From NCBI RefSeq assembly GCF_039541115.1, contig NZ_BAABFP010000008.1, forward strand, positions 558,001-621,684: a stretch of 63,684 bases of DNA, given 5' to 3'. A model generated the notes under the pieces. It was not told the DNA's origin and made no database searches. It worked only from the letters and a program-made list of their open reading frames with translations. Position numbers and translations under genes: made by a program. Of this stretch, positions 1-8,975 are shown in pieces. The number at the start of each line of letters is the position of its first letter. The first letter of the stretch is position 1. Source of the stretch: Angustibacter luteus. GTDB taxonomy: Bacteria; Actinomycetota; Actinomycetes; Actinomycetales; Angustibacteraceae.

Positions 1-167
1 GCCGCCACTCTCGCTGCAACGCATCGCTGGTCACGATGGCAACCTACGACGCGCGATCCAGGGCAGGCCACGTCTTGGGATGAACTCAATCGCGGCCGCA
101 CAAGCACGACCGCCCTCAACGCGGCAGATTCGGGCGAGCGTAGCCGCCCTCAACGCGGCGGATCCGG

Positions 168-599
168 TCACTCGTAGATGGTGGCCGCCTGTAAGGCGTC
201 GTTGACAACCTCCCATCCGTTGCCCGGAGGGACCCGGTCGCGGTTGTCGTAGTAGCCCCCCGAATCGGCGAGCCACGCGGCGAACGCCTCCAGGTACTCG
301 TGCAAGGCAACATTCGTCCAAGGGGCACCACCGGCGGCATCGATAGCCAGTGCTCGTGCGGTCGCGATGACCCTGTCCCGCCCGCCGGCCAGAGATGCCG
401 ACGGGCACCCGCCAGCTCCGCACTCGGTGTCGACGTCAGTATCGCCATGCTCGAACTCATAGTGAAAGCAGACATAGTGCATCCGCTCGAACACCTCATA
501 CTGGGCGGCGCTCTCGCGGACGGGTCGATGGCATCGCTGGCATTCGAGAGTCACGGCGGCAGCATGCCAGTTGCCGAGCAAGAGTTTGTGCCAAGCCAT
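168..599 (-). CDS. Hypothetical cassette protein; Cys/His-rich N-terminus and a conserved-looking C-terminal domain (WxNxxLxxYLEAFAAW...AATIYE)
   Basis: 143-aa ORF that exactly fills the gap between two repeat copies. Confidence 0.7.
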   Translation of the reverse strand: MAWHKLLLGNWHAAAVTLECQRCHRPVRESAAQYEVFERMHYVCFHYEFEHGDTDVDTECGAGGCPSASLAGGRDRVIATARALAIDAAGGAPWTNVALHEYLEAFAAWLADSGGYYDNRDRVPPGNGWEVVNDALQAATIYE

Positions 600-714
600 C
601 CGAACATCGGCACGACCGCGAAGGCTCAGCGGTAGAGCCGGGCGTCCTCCGTGCTCTGCCCTGGGGTTGTACGCCTGGCAGGCACTCGCGAATCCATCCC
701 CCTACCCTGCTGGC

Positions 715-951
715 ATGACCGATGACGGCGCCTCGGTTGGGTTCCCGGAAGACCTGGCAGGGCACTATTGGGCGCAGCTCGAGCGCACAGAGCCAAAGGG
801 CCGATGGCGGTTTGCCGTGCTCGACTACCAGAACAACGTCTTGCTGACGGGACTCGCGACCAGTGAGCAGCAAGCGGCTCGTATCGTACGTGCCTGGGAT
901 CAGATCATCGTCTCCGAGTTCGAGGGAAGCGAGGATCCGAGCATCGACTGA
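715..951 (+). CDS. Small hypothetical protein
   Basis: ATG at 715 within ORF 571..951; globular composition; lies between repeats. Confidence 0.55.
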   Translation: MTDDGASVGFPEDLAGHYWAQLERTEPKGRWRFAVLDYQNNVLLTGLATSEQQAARIVRAWDQIIVSEFEGSEDPSID

Positions 952-1098
952 TCGACGTCGCCGATCGGGCTGAGGCGTACCAAACCCGCACGGCGCAGGC
1001 CGACGGACAACGGCAGATTCGGTGGACGAACCGGCGGTTTGACTTACGTCTGGGTCGTACACGCCTCGCATGAGGGTCAGCACGCCGATACTGACGGT

Positions 1099-1347
1099 AT
1101 GACTCATCACCCGAGACTGACGACGACGTTTGGATACCTCGCCGTCGGCCTTGGCGTCCTTGCTTTCGGCCTGATCAGTGCCGCTGGCATGTCGAACATG
1201 GGGGACCCTGGACCCGGTGACTCGCTTGAACCGCCGCGCATCTTCTACGTCCTGACGGCCTGCGCTGGCGTTGCTGCAGTTCTCGCCGTCGCTGGGGGAC
1301 TCGCCTCTCTCGGCTCGTGGCTGCGATTCAGGCGCGACCAAGCGTGA
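1099..1347 (+). CDS. Small two-TM membrane protein
   Basis: Two hydrophobic segments; stop codon immediately followed by the repeat start CGTCCG. Confidence 0.6.
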   Translation: MTHHPRLTTTFGYLAVGLGVLAFGLISAAGMSNMGDPGPGDSLEPPRIFYVLTACAGVAAVLAVAGGLASLGSWLRFRRDQA

Positions 1348-1513
1348 CGTCCGAAGATCGGCACAACCGCGCGGATCGCGGCACATCCGGGCGAGCGAAG
1401 CCGCCTTCACCGCGGCAGACCCGGACGTAGACGGATTCGGTGCGTGCACTTCCGGCACGGCGCGTCGAACGTGGTGAACCTTGCCGGGTCGGCCGTTGGA
1501 CTTGTTCAGGCGT

Positions 1514-1813
1514 TCAGGGCGTGGCGTCAGGCTCGATTCGTCCTCGTCTGCGCGCCAGGCGCCAAAGAAGAGTTATGAGAATCGCGAGTCCCCAGGTAAC
1601 ACCAACGGCGCCATGAAGCAGCCGGTCCATTTTGGACCGACTCGGATCGCCCACGAAGCCGTCGCCGAGCCAGATCAACACCAAGAGAAAGAGCGGAGCA
1701 TCGTGCCAGCTCCACCGTTCAGGGAAGAGCTCACGACCGGCCGCAGCGGCCACGCACGCAGCTATCCCAAAGCCGATTGCCACGGCGTAGATAGCGACCG
1801 TCAGTACTTGCAC
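1514..1813 (-). CDS. Small three-TM membrane protein
   Basis: Hydrophobic segments in ORF 1514..1876; GTG at 1813 chosen because upstream codons run through the repeat. Confidence 0.55.
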   Translation of the reverse strand: MQVLTVAIYAVAIGFGIAACVAAAAGRELFPERWSWHDAPLFLLVLIWLGDGFVGDPSRSKMDRLLHGAVGVTWGLAILITLLWRLARRRGRIEPDATP

Positions 1814-1952
1814 ACGAAGAGGATCGCACGTCGCGATACGGCCGGAGCGGGCATCCGAACATCGGCACAACCGCACTCGATCAGCGGCAGATCCGGGCGA
1901 GCGTAGCCGCCCTCAACGCGGCAGATCCGGATGACTTGGTGAGAATGGACAG

Positions 1953-2348
1953 ATGTGGGAATGGGAGACGAGCGTGGTCCTGGTCCGGAGCGCCGCCGAT
2001 GAGCTGCTGTTCGTCCGGCAGGATTACGGACATCGCTTCTTCGGCCTGCCGGGCGGAAGAGTCGAGGCGGGCGAGGAGCCCCAGGCGGCCGCCGTTCGTG
2101 AGCTCTTCGAGGAGACCGGGTTGACGGCCGATACCGTGGCGTTCCTGCGGACCTACGACCTGGTGTACCCCGGAACCGACAGCAGCTACGGCGCGCACGT
2201 CTTCGTCTGTGACCGGTATTGGGGCGAGCTCGCGACGAACGTGCCCGACGAGATCTCGTCGGTAGGGTGGTGGTCCCTCGGTGAGCTGCCGTCGCCGCTG
2301 ACGCCCTCGGCCCACGTCGTCGTGCGCGACTTGACGAGGCCCTCGTAA
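1953..2348 (+). CDS. NUDIX hydrolase
   Basis: Nudix box GGRVEAGEEPQAAAVRELFEETG. Confidence 0.92.
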   Translation: MWEWETSVVLVRSAADELLFVRQDYGHRFFGLPGGRVEAGEEPQAAAVRELFEETGLTADTVAFLRTYDLVYPGTDSSYGAHVFVCDRYWGELATNVPDEISSVGWWSLGELPSPLTPSAHVVVRDLTRPS

Positions 2349-2445
2349 CGTCCGCTCATCGGCATGACCGCCCTCAACGCGGCAGATCCGGACGAGCGGG
2401 CCCCGCCCTAAAGGCGGCAGACCCGGATGTCTGCGGCCGAGCTGA

Positions 2446-2658
2446 CTAGCGACGGCGGGGCTGGCGATGGAAGTAGACAGTCATCGTGAGGTCGTCTTCG
2501 CCACCAGTCACTGCTGACTGAAACGTGATGTCTTGAACGTCGACGTCACCTTCGACCTCGATCGCATCAGCCAGACGCCGAAGGAGGGCAGGAACGAAGC
2601 CCTGGCCGTCGCCCGATGGGTTGCTGATCGAGAAGTTGAAGATGGTGTTGTCAGGCAC
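2446..2658 (-). CDS. Small hypothetical protein
   Basis: ORF 2446..2694, probable GTG start at 2658; lies between repeats. Confidence 0.55.
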   Translation of the reverse strand: MPDNTIFNFSISNPSGDGQGFVPALLRRLADAIEVEGDVDVQDITFQSAVTGGEDDLTMTVYFHRQPRRR

Positions 2659-2713
2659 CAGGCAATCATCGCGCGACCCATGCTGTCGCGCCATCAGCGG
2701 CAGATCCGGATGT

Positions 2714-2896
2714 TCAGTCGAGCCCTGATAGGTCGACGCCGGGCTTCATGGTGATGTCGAAGAAGTCCAGCAAGGAGTCAGCGATTAGGGGCGGCATCTC
2801 ATCGACGGCGCGCCGTACTCCAACCTGTGCCTCAATCTCCCAGGCAATGACACGGCGGAGCTGATCGAAGACTTCCGCACGGGTTATCTCGGTCAC
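2714..2896 (-). CDS. Small hypothetical protein (60 aa)
   Basis: Stop codon 1 nt from the repeat end CGGATG; helical composition. Confidence 0.55.
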   Translation of the reverse strand: MTEITRAEVFDQLRRVIAWEIEAQVGVRRAVDEMPPLIADSLLDFFDITMKPGVDLSGLD

Positions 2897-3027
2897 GGCA
2901 CCGATTGTGCCGGATCGTCAGGGCATCCACGGCACTGCCGCGATCAGCGGCAGATCCGGGCGAGCGGGTCGCCCTCAACGCGGCATGAGCGGAAGCGCTC
3001 CGGCGGTCAGTCCCTAGGAGCTGGGCC

Positions 3028-3249
3028 ATGGCGGCTCGGGTACGTGCGGACAACTTGCAGGTTGGTGACGTTGTAGTCCTGACGACGGCGTCGGGAGACC
3101 AGGCGCTGCGGATCCATGCGGTGATTCCGCGCACCGCAACGATCAAGTTCGTGGGACGAAGACCCGAGCACCCATCCGAGAGCGCCGGCCAGTTCAATTG
3201 GGGCTGGCCTCCGGACCACATGGTCGAACTCGTCGCTGGGGCGCACTAG
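3028..3249 (+). CDS. Small hypothetical beta-rich protein (73 aa)
   Basis: AGGAG upstream of the ATG; stop codon 3 nt before the repeat. Confidence 0.6.
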   Translation: MAARVRADNLQVGDVVVLTTASGDQALRIHAVIPRTATIKFVGRRPEHPSESAGQFNWGWPPDHMVELVAGAH

Positions 3250-3386
3250 GACCACCCGCTCATCAGCACGAGCGCGCGACACGCAGATCCGGGCGAGCGG
3301 TCACCCTCAACGCGGCAGATGCGGACGCTGCGGCGACTGAAACGACGGAGTGACCGGTAGTGGTGATGTAGGGCGCCGCCAGTGGG

Positions 3387-4214
3387 GTGCAGCAGACTGG
3401 TGTGGTGCAGGAGTTGGTGGAGTATCTGATCGACCTCGATGGTCTGGACAACGACCAGCAGGACGCGATCGGGCGAGCGGTGCTTGGGGCGATGGCACCG
3501 GTCGCTGCTCGATTTCAGATCGACATCCCTGGGGCGCGGCCCGGCGATCCTGAGGACATGTTGAACGCCGGCGAGGTACTCCGTGTCGCGGCGGGCAAGA
3601 CCTCCGAGAAGGACCGTGCCTACGCGACCTCAGGTTGGTTGGACGCCACGGATCCGGCCCTGTGGGAGGCCATGGTCACGTTCATGCCCTGGTCGTACGA
3701 CGGCGACGTCTGGAATGGCGATGGACGTCAGATCGTGGGGTTGCACGATGGCGAGGTCACCTACGTTGCACTCAATGACGAACAGCTATCCGTGCTCTCT
3801 GAGATCGTCGGGCCGGGCCGCCTCCTGCCCTGGGCGCAAGTGCGGTCCGAGCGCCGGGCGGCGCGGCGGGCATGGCTCCGCAGGAACCCTGTACTCGTGG
3901 GCGGCTGGCTGGCGATCATCGTGGGGATACTGCTCGTGCCGCTTCCAGGGCCCGGATTGCCGGTCATGTTGGCCGGCCTGGCAGTGGTTGCCGGAGCGTC
4001 GATCACCAGCAAAGCGCGCCGTCGCCGGGCCTCAACGGCCGACCGGCATCTCCCGCCGGGAGATTGCTCAGGCTGTGGGCACCCTTGGTCGGAGCACCGT
4101 GGCTCCGGCAACGACAGGCGAGGCATGTGCGGGGAGTGCGCGTACGAGTTCGAGCACGACCAGCGGGCGACAGAAGCTCCAGGTTGCCGCCTGTCCATCC
4201 CAGCAGCGCGATGA
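3387..4214 (+). CDS. Hypothetical protein with a PGPG-type TM hairpin and a C-terminal CxxCxH...CxxC motif
   Basis: LLVPLPGPG between two TM helices; stop codon abuts the repeat. Confidence 0.6.
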   Translation: MQQTGVVQELVEYLIDLDGLDNDQQDAIGRAVLGAMAPVAARFQIDIPGARPGDPEDMLNAGEVLRVAAGKTSEKDRAYATSGWLDATDPALWEAMVTFMPWSYDGDVWNGDGRQIVGLHDGEVTYVALNDEQLSVLSEIVGPGRLLPWAQVRSERRAARRAWLRRNPVLVGGWLAIIVGILLVPLPGPGLPVMLAGLAVVAGASITSKARRRRASTADRHLPPGDCSGCGHPWSEHRGSGNDRRGMCGECAYEFEHDQRATEAPGCRLSIPAAR

Positions 4215-4310
4215 TGTCCGGCCCTGAACGCGGCAGATCCGGGCGAGCGTAGCCGCCCTCAACGCGGCATGTTCGTGAACTGTTTTAGGTGGCGTGACAC
4301 GATCCTGGGC

Positions 4311-4892
4311 GTGAACCTGGCGAGCGAACTGCAGGAACTGGAGTCGCACCTTCGCTCCAGCGGCGCAGCGATCGGCGGGTTGCTACGCCCAGCACTGTCG
4401 CGCGGCGAAGTGCACGCGTACCTCGGTGACCAGTTCGACCATGTCCCCGAGGAGGTGGTCACCTGGTTCGGCTGGCACGACGGCGCGACCGAAGAGTGGT
4501 TCGCGCTCCCAGGAGGCCCCCGGCCCGAGACGTGGTTGCCCAACGGCACTCACCTTTACCCGCTGCACGCTGCGCTCGAAGTCCGGGACGAGCTGCTCGA
4601 CCTCGCTGGACCTGGCAAGACGTATGAGTCGATCACCTACCAGCCCTACTGGCTGCCGCTGGTCGGGAACGAGAGCCTGAGCCTGGTCGTGGACATGCGC
4701 GTGGGCGAGCCCACGCGGGTGCATCGGGCGTTCCCTCACGGCACCGGCTGGGATCAAGTCGTCGAGCCTTCACTGACGACGATGGTCCATGCCTGGAACC
4801 TCAGCTTCAGGGCCCGCAGGTACATCTGGGACGGCGGCGACCAGTGCTGGCAGGAGTACCAGCCTGACCCGGCCCATCCCCTCGTCACGTGA
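4311..4892 (+). CDS. SMI1/KNR4 (SUKH)-like immunity-type protein
   Basis: LRPALS..EV...VPEEVVTWFGWHDG and WLPL...LVVD pattern; start uncertain (4269 or 4311). Confidence 0.65.
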   Translation: MNLASELQELESHLRSSGAAIGGLLRPALSRGEVHAYLGDQFDHVPEEVVTWFGWHDGATEEWFALPGGPRPETWLPNGTHLYPLHAALEVRDELLDLAGPGKTYESITYQPYWLPLVGNESLSLVVDMRVGEPTRVHRAFPHGTGWDQVVEPSLTTMVHAWNLSFRARRYIWDGGDQCWQEYQPDPAHPLVT

Positions 4893-5003
4893 CGCCCTCA
4901 CCGCGGCAGATCCGGGCGAGCGTAGCCGCCCTCACCGCGGCAGATCCGGGCGCGTGCTATGACTTCCGAGGCGCACACTCTCCGCCCGCTCGTGCGGCGC
5001 GTC

Positions 5004-6215
5004 TCAGTGGCTTCGGAGTCGTTGGATCTCAGCGCGAGAGTGCTGCACAGCTGCGGTGTCTACCCCGTTGCTCTCGCTCAAGTCGTGAGCGAGGTCGAGG
5101 CATGCGGCGAGGACGTGCTTTTCCTGCCGTTTGCTCACAGCGTCGGGACGCCCTCTCAGAGCCGCCTTGCGGTCCTTGCGCCGCCGAGAGCGCTCGCCGG
5201 CCATTGCTGTGAGCTCGAGCTCGGTGATGGTGCCGTTGGCGACCTCCGGGGCCAGGACGTCGTGCAGCCAGTCGCGCTCGCGGTGCGCACCCCACCGCAG
5301 CGCTGCAATGAGCACGGCAACGCTGGCCGCGGTGATGCCGATCATCAGGGCGCTCACGCCGAAGCTGTTGGCGTTGGCGAGGGCGAGCATCGAGTCCCAG
5401 AGACCGTGGATGAGCATGGCCGAGAGCATCAGCAGGAGACCACGGCCTACTCGACGTGGCTGGGCCGGGGTGCCGACGAGGTAGATGATGCCGGCGGCGA
5501 AGATCGCGGTGTACATGGCGTGTGACGCGATCCCGGAGATCGAACGAATGACGAAGGTCTCCAGCACGGCGCCGACCTGGTTGACCCCGAAGTTCTCGTA
5601 GGCGGCGTTCTGGCCGTAGAGCATGTCTTCGAGGACTTGGAACCCCAGCCCGATGTAGGCGCCCACGATGAGGCCGTCGTAGACGGTGCGGATCACGAAC
5701 GGCGCGAGGCCGAGCATCAGCAGGAACACCGCGCCCTTGGCGCTCTCCTCCACGAACGGCGCGGTCAGACCTGCCTTCCAGTCTGTCGCCCACGCTTGCC
5801 CGAAGAACTTCGCGTACAGGTCCATCAGCGCAGCGTTGCCGGGTAGCGCCATCGCCCACGGGGCTCCAACGCCGCCGCCGACGAACGCAGTCACGGCCAA
5901 CAGGGCCGGCGTGCGCTCGTACCGATCGAAGTGGTTGAGACACAGCAAGAACACCAGGCAGAAGGAGCCGGTCGAGGCGACCGCGGCGAGGTTCGCGTCG
6001 GCGAACACCGCCGCCGTGGGTGCCGCGACCTCGTAGAGCTGGCGAGCTCCCATCGCGAGCAACAGGAGGTAGACCCACAGGCACAGGTTGCGAGGCTGGA
6101 ACAGGTGGAATCGGGCGCCCCACCCCGACTCCTGGATCGCGGCCTCGCGACGCGCGAGGAGCTCCTGGCCGTCGGAAGCGGCGGCATTGCCCGACACAGC
6201 CGTCGTGGTGCTCAT
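5004..6215 (-). CDS. PrsW-family intramembrane metalloprotease
   Basis: EESAKG, GLGFQVLED, HAMYT and HGLWD motifs; multiple TM segments. Confidence 0.9.
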   Translation of the reverse strand: MSTTTAVSGNAAASDGQELLARREAAIQESGWGARFHLFQPRNLCLWVYLLLLAMGARQLYEVAAPTAAVFADANLAAVASTGSFCLVFLLCLNHFDRYERTPALLAVTAFVGGGVGAPWAMALPGNAALMDLYAKFFGQAWATDWKAGLTAPFVEESAKGAVFLLMLGLAPFVIRTVYDGLIVGAYIGLGFQVLEDMLYGQNAAYENFGVNQVGAVLETFVIRSISGIASHAMYTAIFAAGIIYLVGTPAQPRRVGRGLLLMLSAMLIHGLWDSMLALANANSFGVSALMIGITAASVAVLIAALRWGAHRERDWLHDVLAPEVANGTITELELTAMAGERSRRRKDRKAALRGRPDAVSKRQEKHVLAACLDLAHDLSESNGVDTAAVQHSRAEIQRLRSH

Positions 6216-6841
6216 CAGGACCCGCCTTCGTCCTGAGCGAGGGAATCGATCATGTCATCGATCTCCGGTTGCAACTGGGTCAGCTGGCCCTCTTGGCCGG
6301 CGACCTGGATCTCGATGCCTCGACCGTTGACGACGAAGACCGTCGTGGCGCCGGCACCGACCGGGGTGGTGAAGGGCTGGGTCAGTCCGCGCAGGCCAGC
6401 CGCCGAGGTGATGTCCCGGGCCTCGCCTGAGACGTGGTACCCATCGTTCTGTGCACCGGTGATCCGCTCGGCCTGGTCGAGGAGACGAGTCGCGCTCTCA
6501 TCGAACGGGCCTTGCAGGATCGAGAACGCGACGCCGTCCTTCACCAGCACGGTCTGCTCGGCAGCCTGGTCGCCCATCCGGGGGTCGTCCGTGGTCCGCA
6601 GGCCAGCGACCACCCCCCAACCCGGCGGGACCGTCATGGTTACGTCCTCGGTGACCTGAAACGCCTCACCGGCGCGGGTCGTGTCGTCCCACGCAACCCT
6701 TGCGTCGCCCCACGGCATCACCCACGCCCACAAAGCGATCACGGCGAACGCAACCACGGCGTATGGAATCGACCGCCGATCCAATCCAAGCCAGCGGTGC
6801 TCCACCGGCACCCGTCGCGCATCCACCTGCACTGAGCTCAT
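6215..6841 (-). CDS. Membrane-anchored hypothetical protein, coupled to the PrsW gene
   Basis: Single N-terminal TM; stop overlaps the PrsW start. Confidence 0.7.
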   Translation of the reverse strand: MSSVQVDARRVPVEHRWLGLDRRSIPYAVVAFAVIALWAWVMPWGDARVAWDDTTRAGEAFQVTEDVTMTVPPGWGVVAGLRTTDDPRMGDQAAEQTVLVKDGVAFSILQGPFDESATRLLDQAERITGAQNDGYHVSGEARDITSAAGLRGLTQPFTTPVGAGATTVFVVNGRGIEIQVAGQEGQLTQLQPEIDDMIDSLAQDEGGS

Positions 6842-7246
6842 CGCGAACCCCCTCACGAGGCGACGGCACCCGTCGCAGACTGCTTCCACCCTAAATGACG
6901 CCTCACCCGTGCGGGTGACCGACGATACGCAGCCGAGGCCGAAGCACACCGGTCGGAATGAGTTCGGCCATCGCGTCCGGTCCCACGTGCCACGACCTCA
7001 AGGGATGACGCGGTGCATCCGATCATCGGCAGATCCGGTAACTCACCGGCCGTCCGGAACGCGGCGTAGTGACGCAGGTCGCTGGCAAGGCGATTCCAGT
7101 CCGCCGAGTAGCGGTGCCAGTGTCAAGCGAATGGCAGGTGATGTCGAAGGCTCCCTTGGGTCTGTTTCGTGGCCGCCACGGTCAGGGCTCCTTTAAGGTG
7201 AGGCCCGGTCAGGGGTGGGGTGTGCGTTTTGACTGAAGGAGACTGG

Positions 7247-8380
7247 ATGCGCCGGGCAGTGGTGGGCGCCGCACTCGCGGCCGCGTTGGTGACGAGCGCC
7301 TTGCCGGCGAGCTTGGCCTCTGCGGACGCCGCGACCCCGCTGCCTGTCGTGACGGCCCCCTTCGGGTTTTCACCCGACGGTGACGGCCGATATGAGGCGT
7401 GGGCCCTGTCAACGGGCCAGGTGCCGGCCGGATCGACCCTGACGCTGTCCATCGACCGCTCCGGGAGCCTGGTCCGCAAGCTCATCGTCATGTCAGCCGG
7501 CGGCGCTGTCATCACGTGGGATGGCAGGGACGGTGCCGGCCACGCCGTCCCGGACGCGACCTACTCGTGGAGGCTGACCGGCGAGGACGACCTGGGGCAG
7601 CCGATGACGGGTCCTACCGGCGGGTCGTCCCTGACCGGCACCGTTGTGGTCCGCCGCAGCGCGCCTGCGGTCATGCTCGTCGGCCCAGCCGTCAACGCCA
7701 CAGCCACGGCGGTGGGCGGGCACGTACCCCTGCGCTGGTCGCCGAAATCGTCTCTTCCCGCGGGCTACCGTGTCGAGTACGACGTGCGCTATCGGCAGCT
7801 GACGACCGACCCCCACGGCCGAATTCAGGTCAGCAACGTGTCACCGGTCGCCGACCACCACGAGACCATGCAATGGACGACACGCACCTCTGTGCTGTCG
7901 TGGCAGATCTGGTCACTGGCCAACCCGGCCATGACGGAGCAGTACACGGCCCGGTCGCGTGACAACCTCGGGCACGTGGGCACCTGGAGCCCGTGGCTGT
8001 CCTCCGCGGTCGCGTTGGACGACCGCTCAGCCGAGGTCTCCTACAGAGGCGGCTGGTCTCACCCTCGGGCCACCTCGGCGTACAACGGCACCTACTCGGT
8101 CACGACACGGGTGGGGGCCAACCTCTACACCAGCGGCAACGGCCGCGTGGTCTATGTGCTCGGCGCGCGTTGCCGTAGCTGCGGCAAGGTCCGCATCCAA
8201 CTCAATGGTGGTGGTCGCACGCGCTACATCACCGTTGACACGTACGGGTCCACGTCGACGTTTCGCCGCGTGCTCGCCAAGATCACCGTTCCCCGCGCCG
8301 ACTACACGGTCTTCGTCACCAACCTCGGCGCCGGCTCACGCAAGCGGATGGCCGTGGACGGCTTCGCGTTCCGGCTCTGA
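7247..8380 (+). CDS. Secreted protein with a FlgD-type Ig-like domain and further beta-sandwich domains
   Basis: Signal peptide; FSPDGDG and WDGRDGAG..VPDATY motifs. Confidence 0.75.
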   Translation: MRRAVVGAALAAALVTSALPASLASADAATPLPVVTAPFGFSPDGDGRYEAWALSTGQVPAGSTLTLSIDRSGSLVRKLIVMSAGGAVITWDGRDGAGHAVPDATYSWRLTGEDDLGQPMTGPTGGSSLTGTVVVRRSAPAVMLVGPAVNATATAVGGHVPLRWSPKSSLPAGYRVEYDVRYRQLTTDPHGRIQVSNVSPVADHHETMQWTTRTSVLSWQIWSLANPAMTEQYTARSRDNLGHVGTWSPWLSSAVALDDRSAEVSYRGGWSHPRATSAYNGTYSVTTRVGANLYTSGNGRVVYVLGARCRSCGKVRIQLNGGGRTRYITVDTYGSTSTFRRVLAKITVPRADYTVFVTNLGAGSRKRMAVDGFAFRL

Positions 8381-8483
8381 ACCTGGCTGCCTGGTGGCAA
8401 ACCGATGGTTCGCCTATGACCCGACGGCTCGGGCAGTGCGTGCGCCTGTCTTGTCCGACAACGACAGCGACGGCTGAGGTCGC

Positions 8484-8975
8484 ATGAGGTCGTCATCATG
8501 GCTATTGCTCGGATGCCTCGCCGTTGCAGCGAACAGTGCGGGGCTCGTGGCCGGTTGTTCGGACCCGGACCCGGGACCGAGGCAGGCTCAGCATGTCGCG
8601 AGTGGTGCGGACTGGCTGCTCGACGTGAGCCACGGCTACCAGGACCAGCTGTGCCTTGAACTCAGGAGCCGGGACGGTCGGCGAGAGTTCAGCGGCGGGT
8701 GTGGCTTCACAGACTCCTCCCCGAGGTCCGAGACGTACGGCGTCTTCGGAGGGCCGGGGGATGACGAGTTCGCCTACGGTCCGGTCTCCGCATCGGTGGC
8801 TGCGGTGGTGGCCACCAGGCCCGGCCACCCACCGGTGCGCATCACCCCGATCCCTATCAGTGGGTTCAAGCAGGCGGCCGCCGCCTTCGTGTACCGACTT
8901 CCCGATCACAGCGCGCAGTGGATCTTCACCGGTGAGGACGCCTCAGGCGCACAGGCGAAGCTTGGCGTTCGCTGA
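8484..8975 (+). CDS. Putative lipoprotein
   Basis: Hydrophobic N-terminus with VAGC lipobox-like motif; stop codon 3 nt before the last repeat copy. Confidence 0.6.
   Translation: MRSSSWLLLGCLAVAANSAGLVAGCSDPDPGPRQAQHVASGADWLLDVSHGYQDQLCLELRSRDGRREFSGGCGFTDSSPRSETYGVFGGPGDDEFAYGPVSASVAAVVATRPGHPPVRITPIPISGFKQAAAAFVYRLPDHSAQWIFTGEDASGAQAKLGVR

Noticed and set aside
31..4349. ORFs sharing the peptide AALRAATLARICR (31..423, 1881..2315, 4068..4349)
   Set aside because: These are translations of the DNA repeat on the minus strand, not a protein family.
94..4952. CRISPR array interpretation of the recurring repeats
   Set aside because: The intervening segments are 0.2-0.9 kb and contain whole ORFs, the repeats are degenerate, and no cas genes are present.
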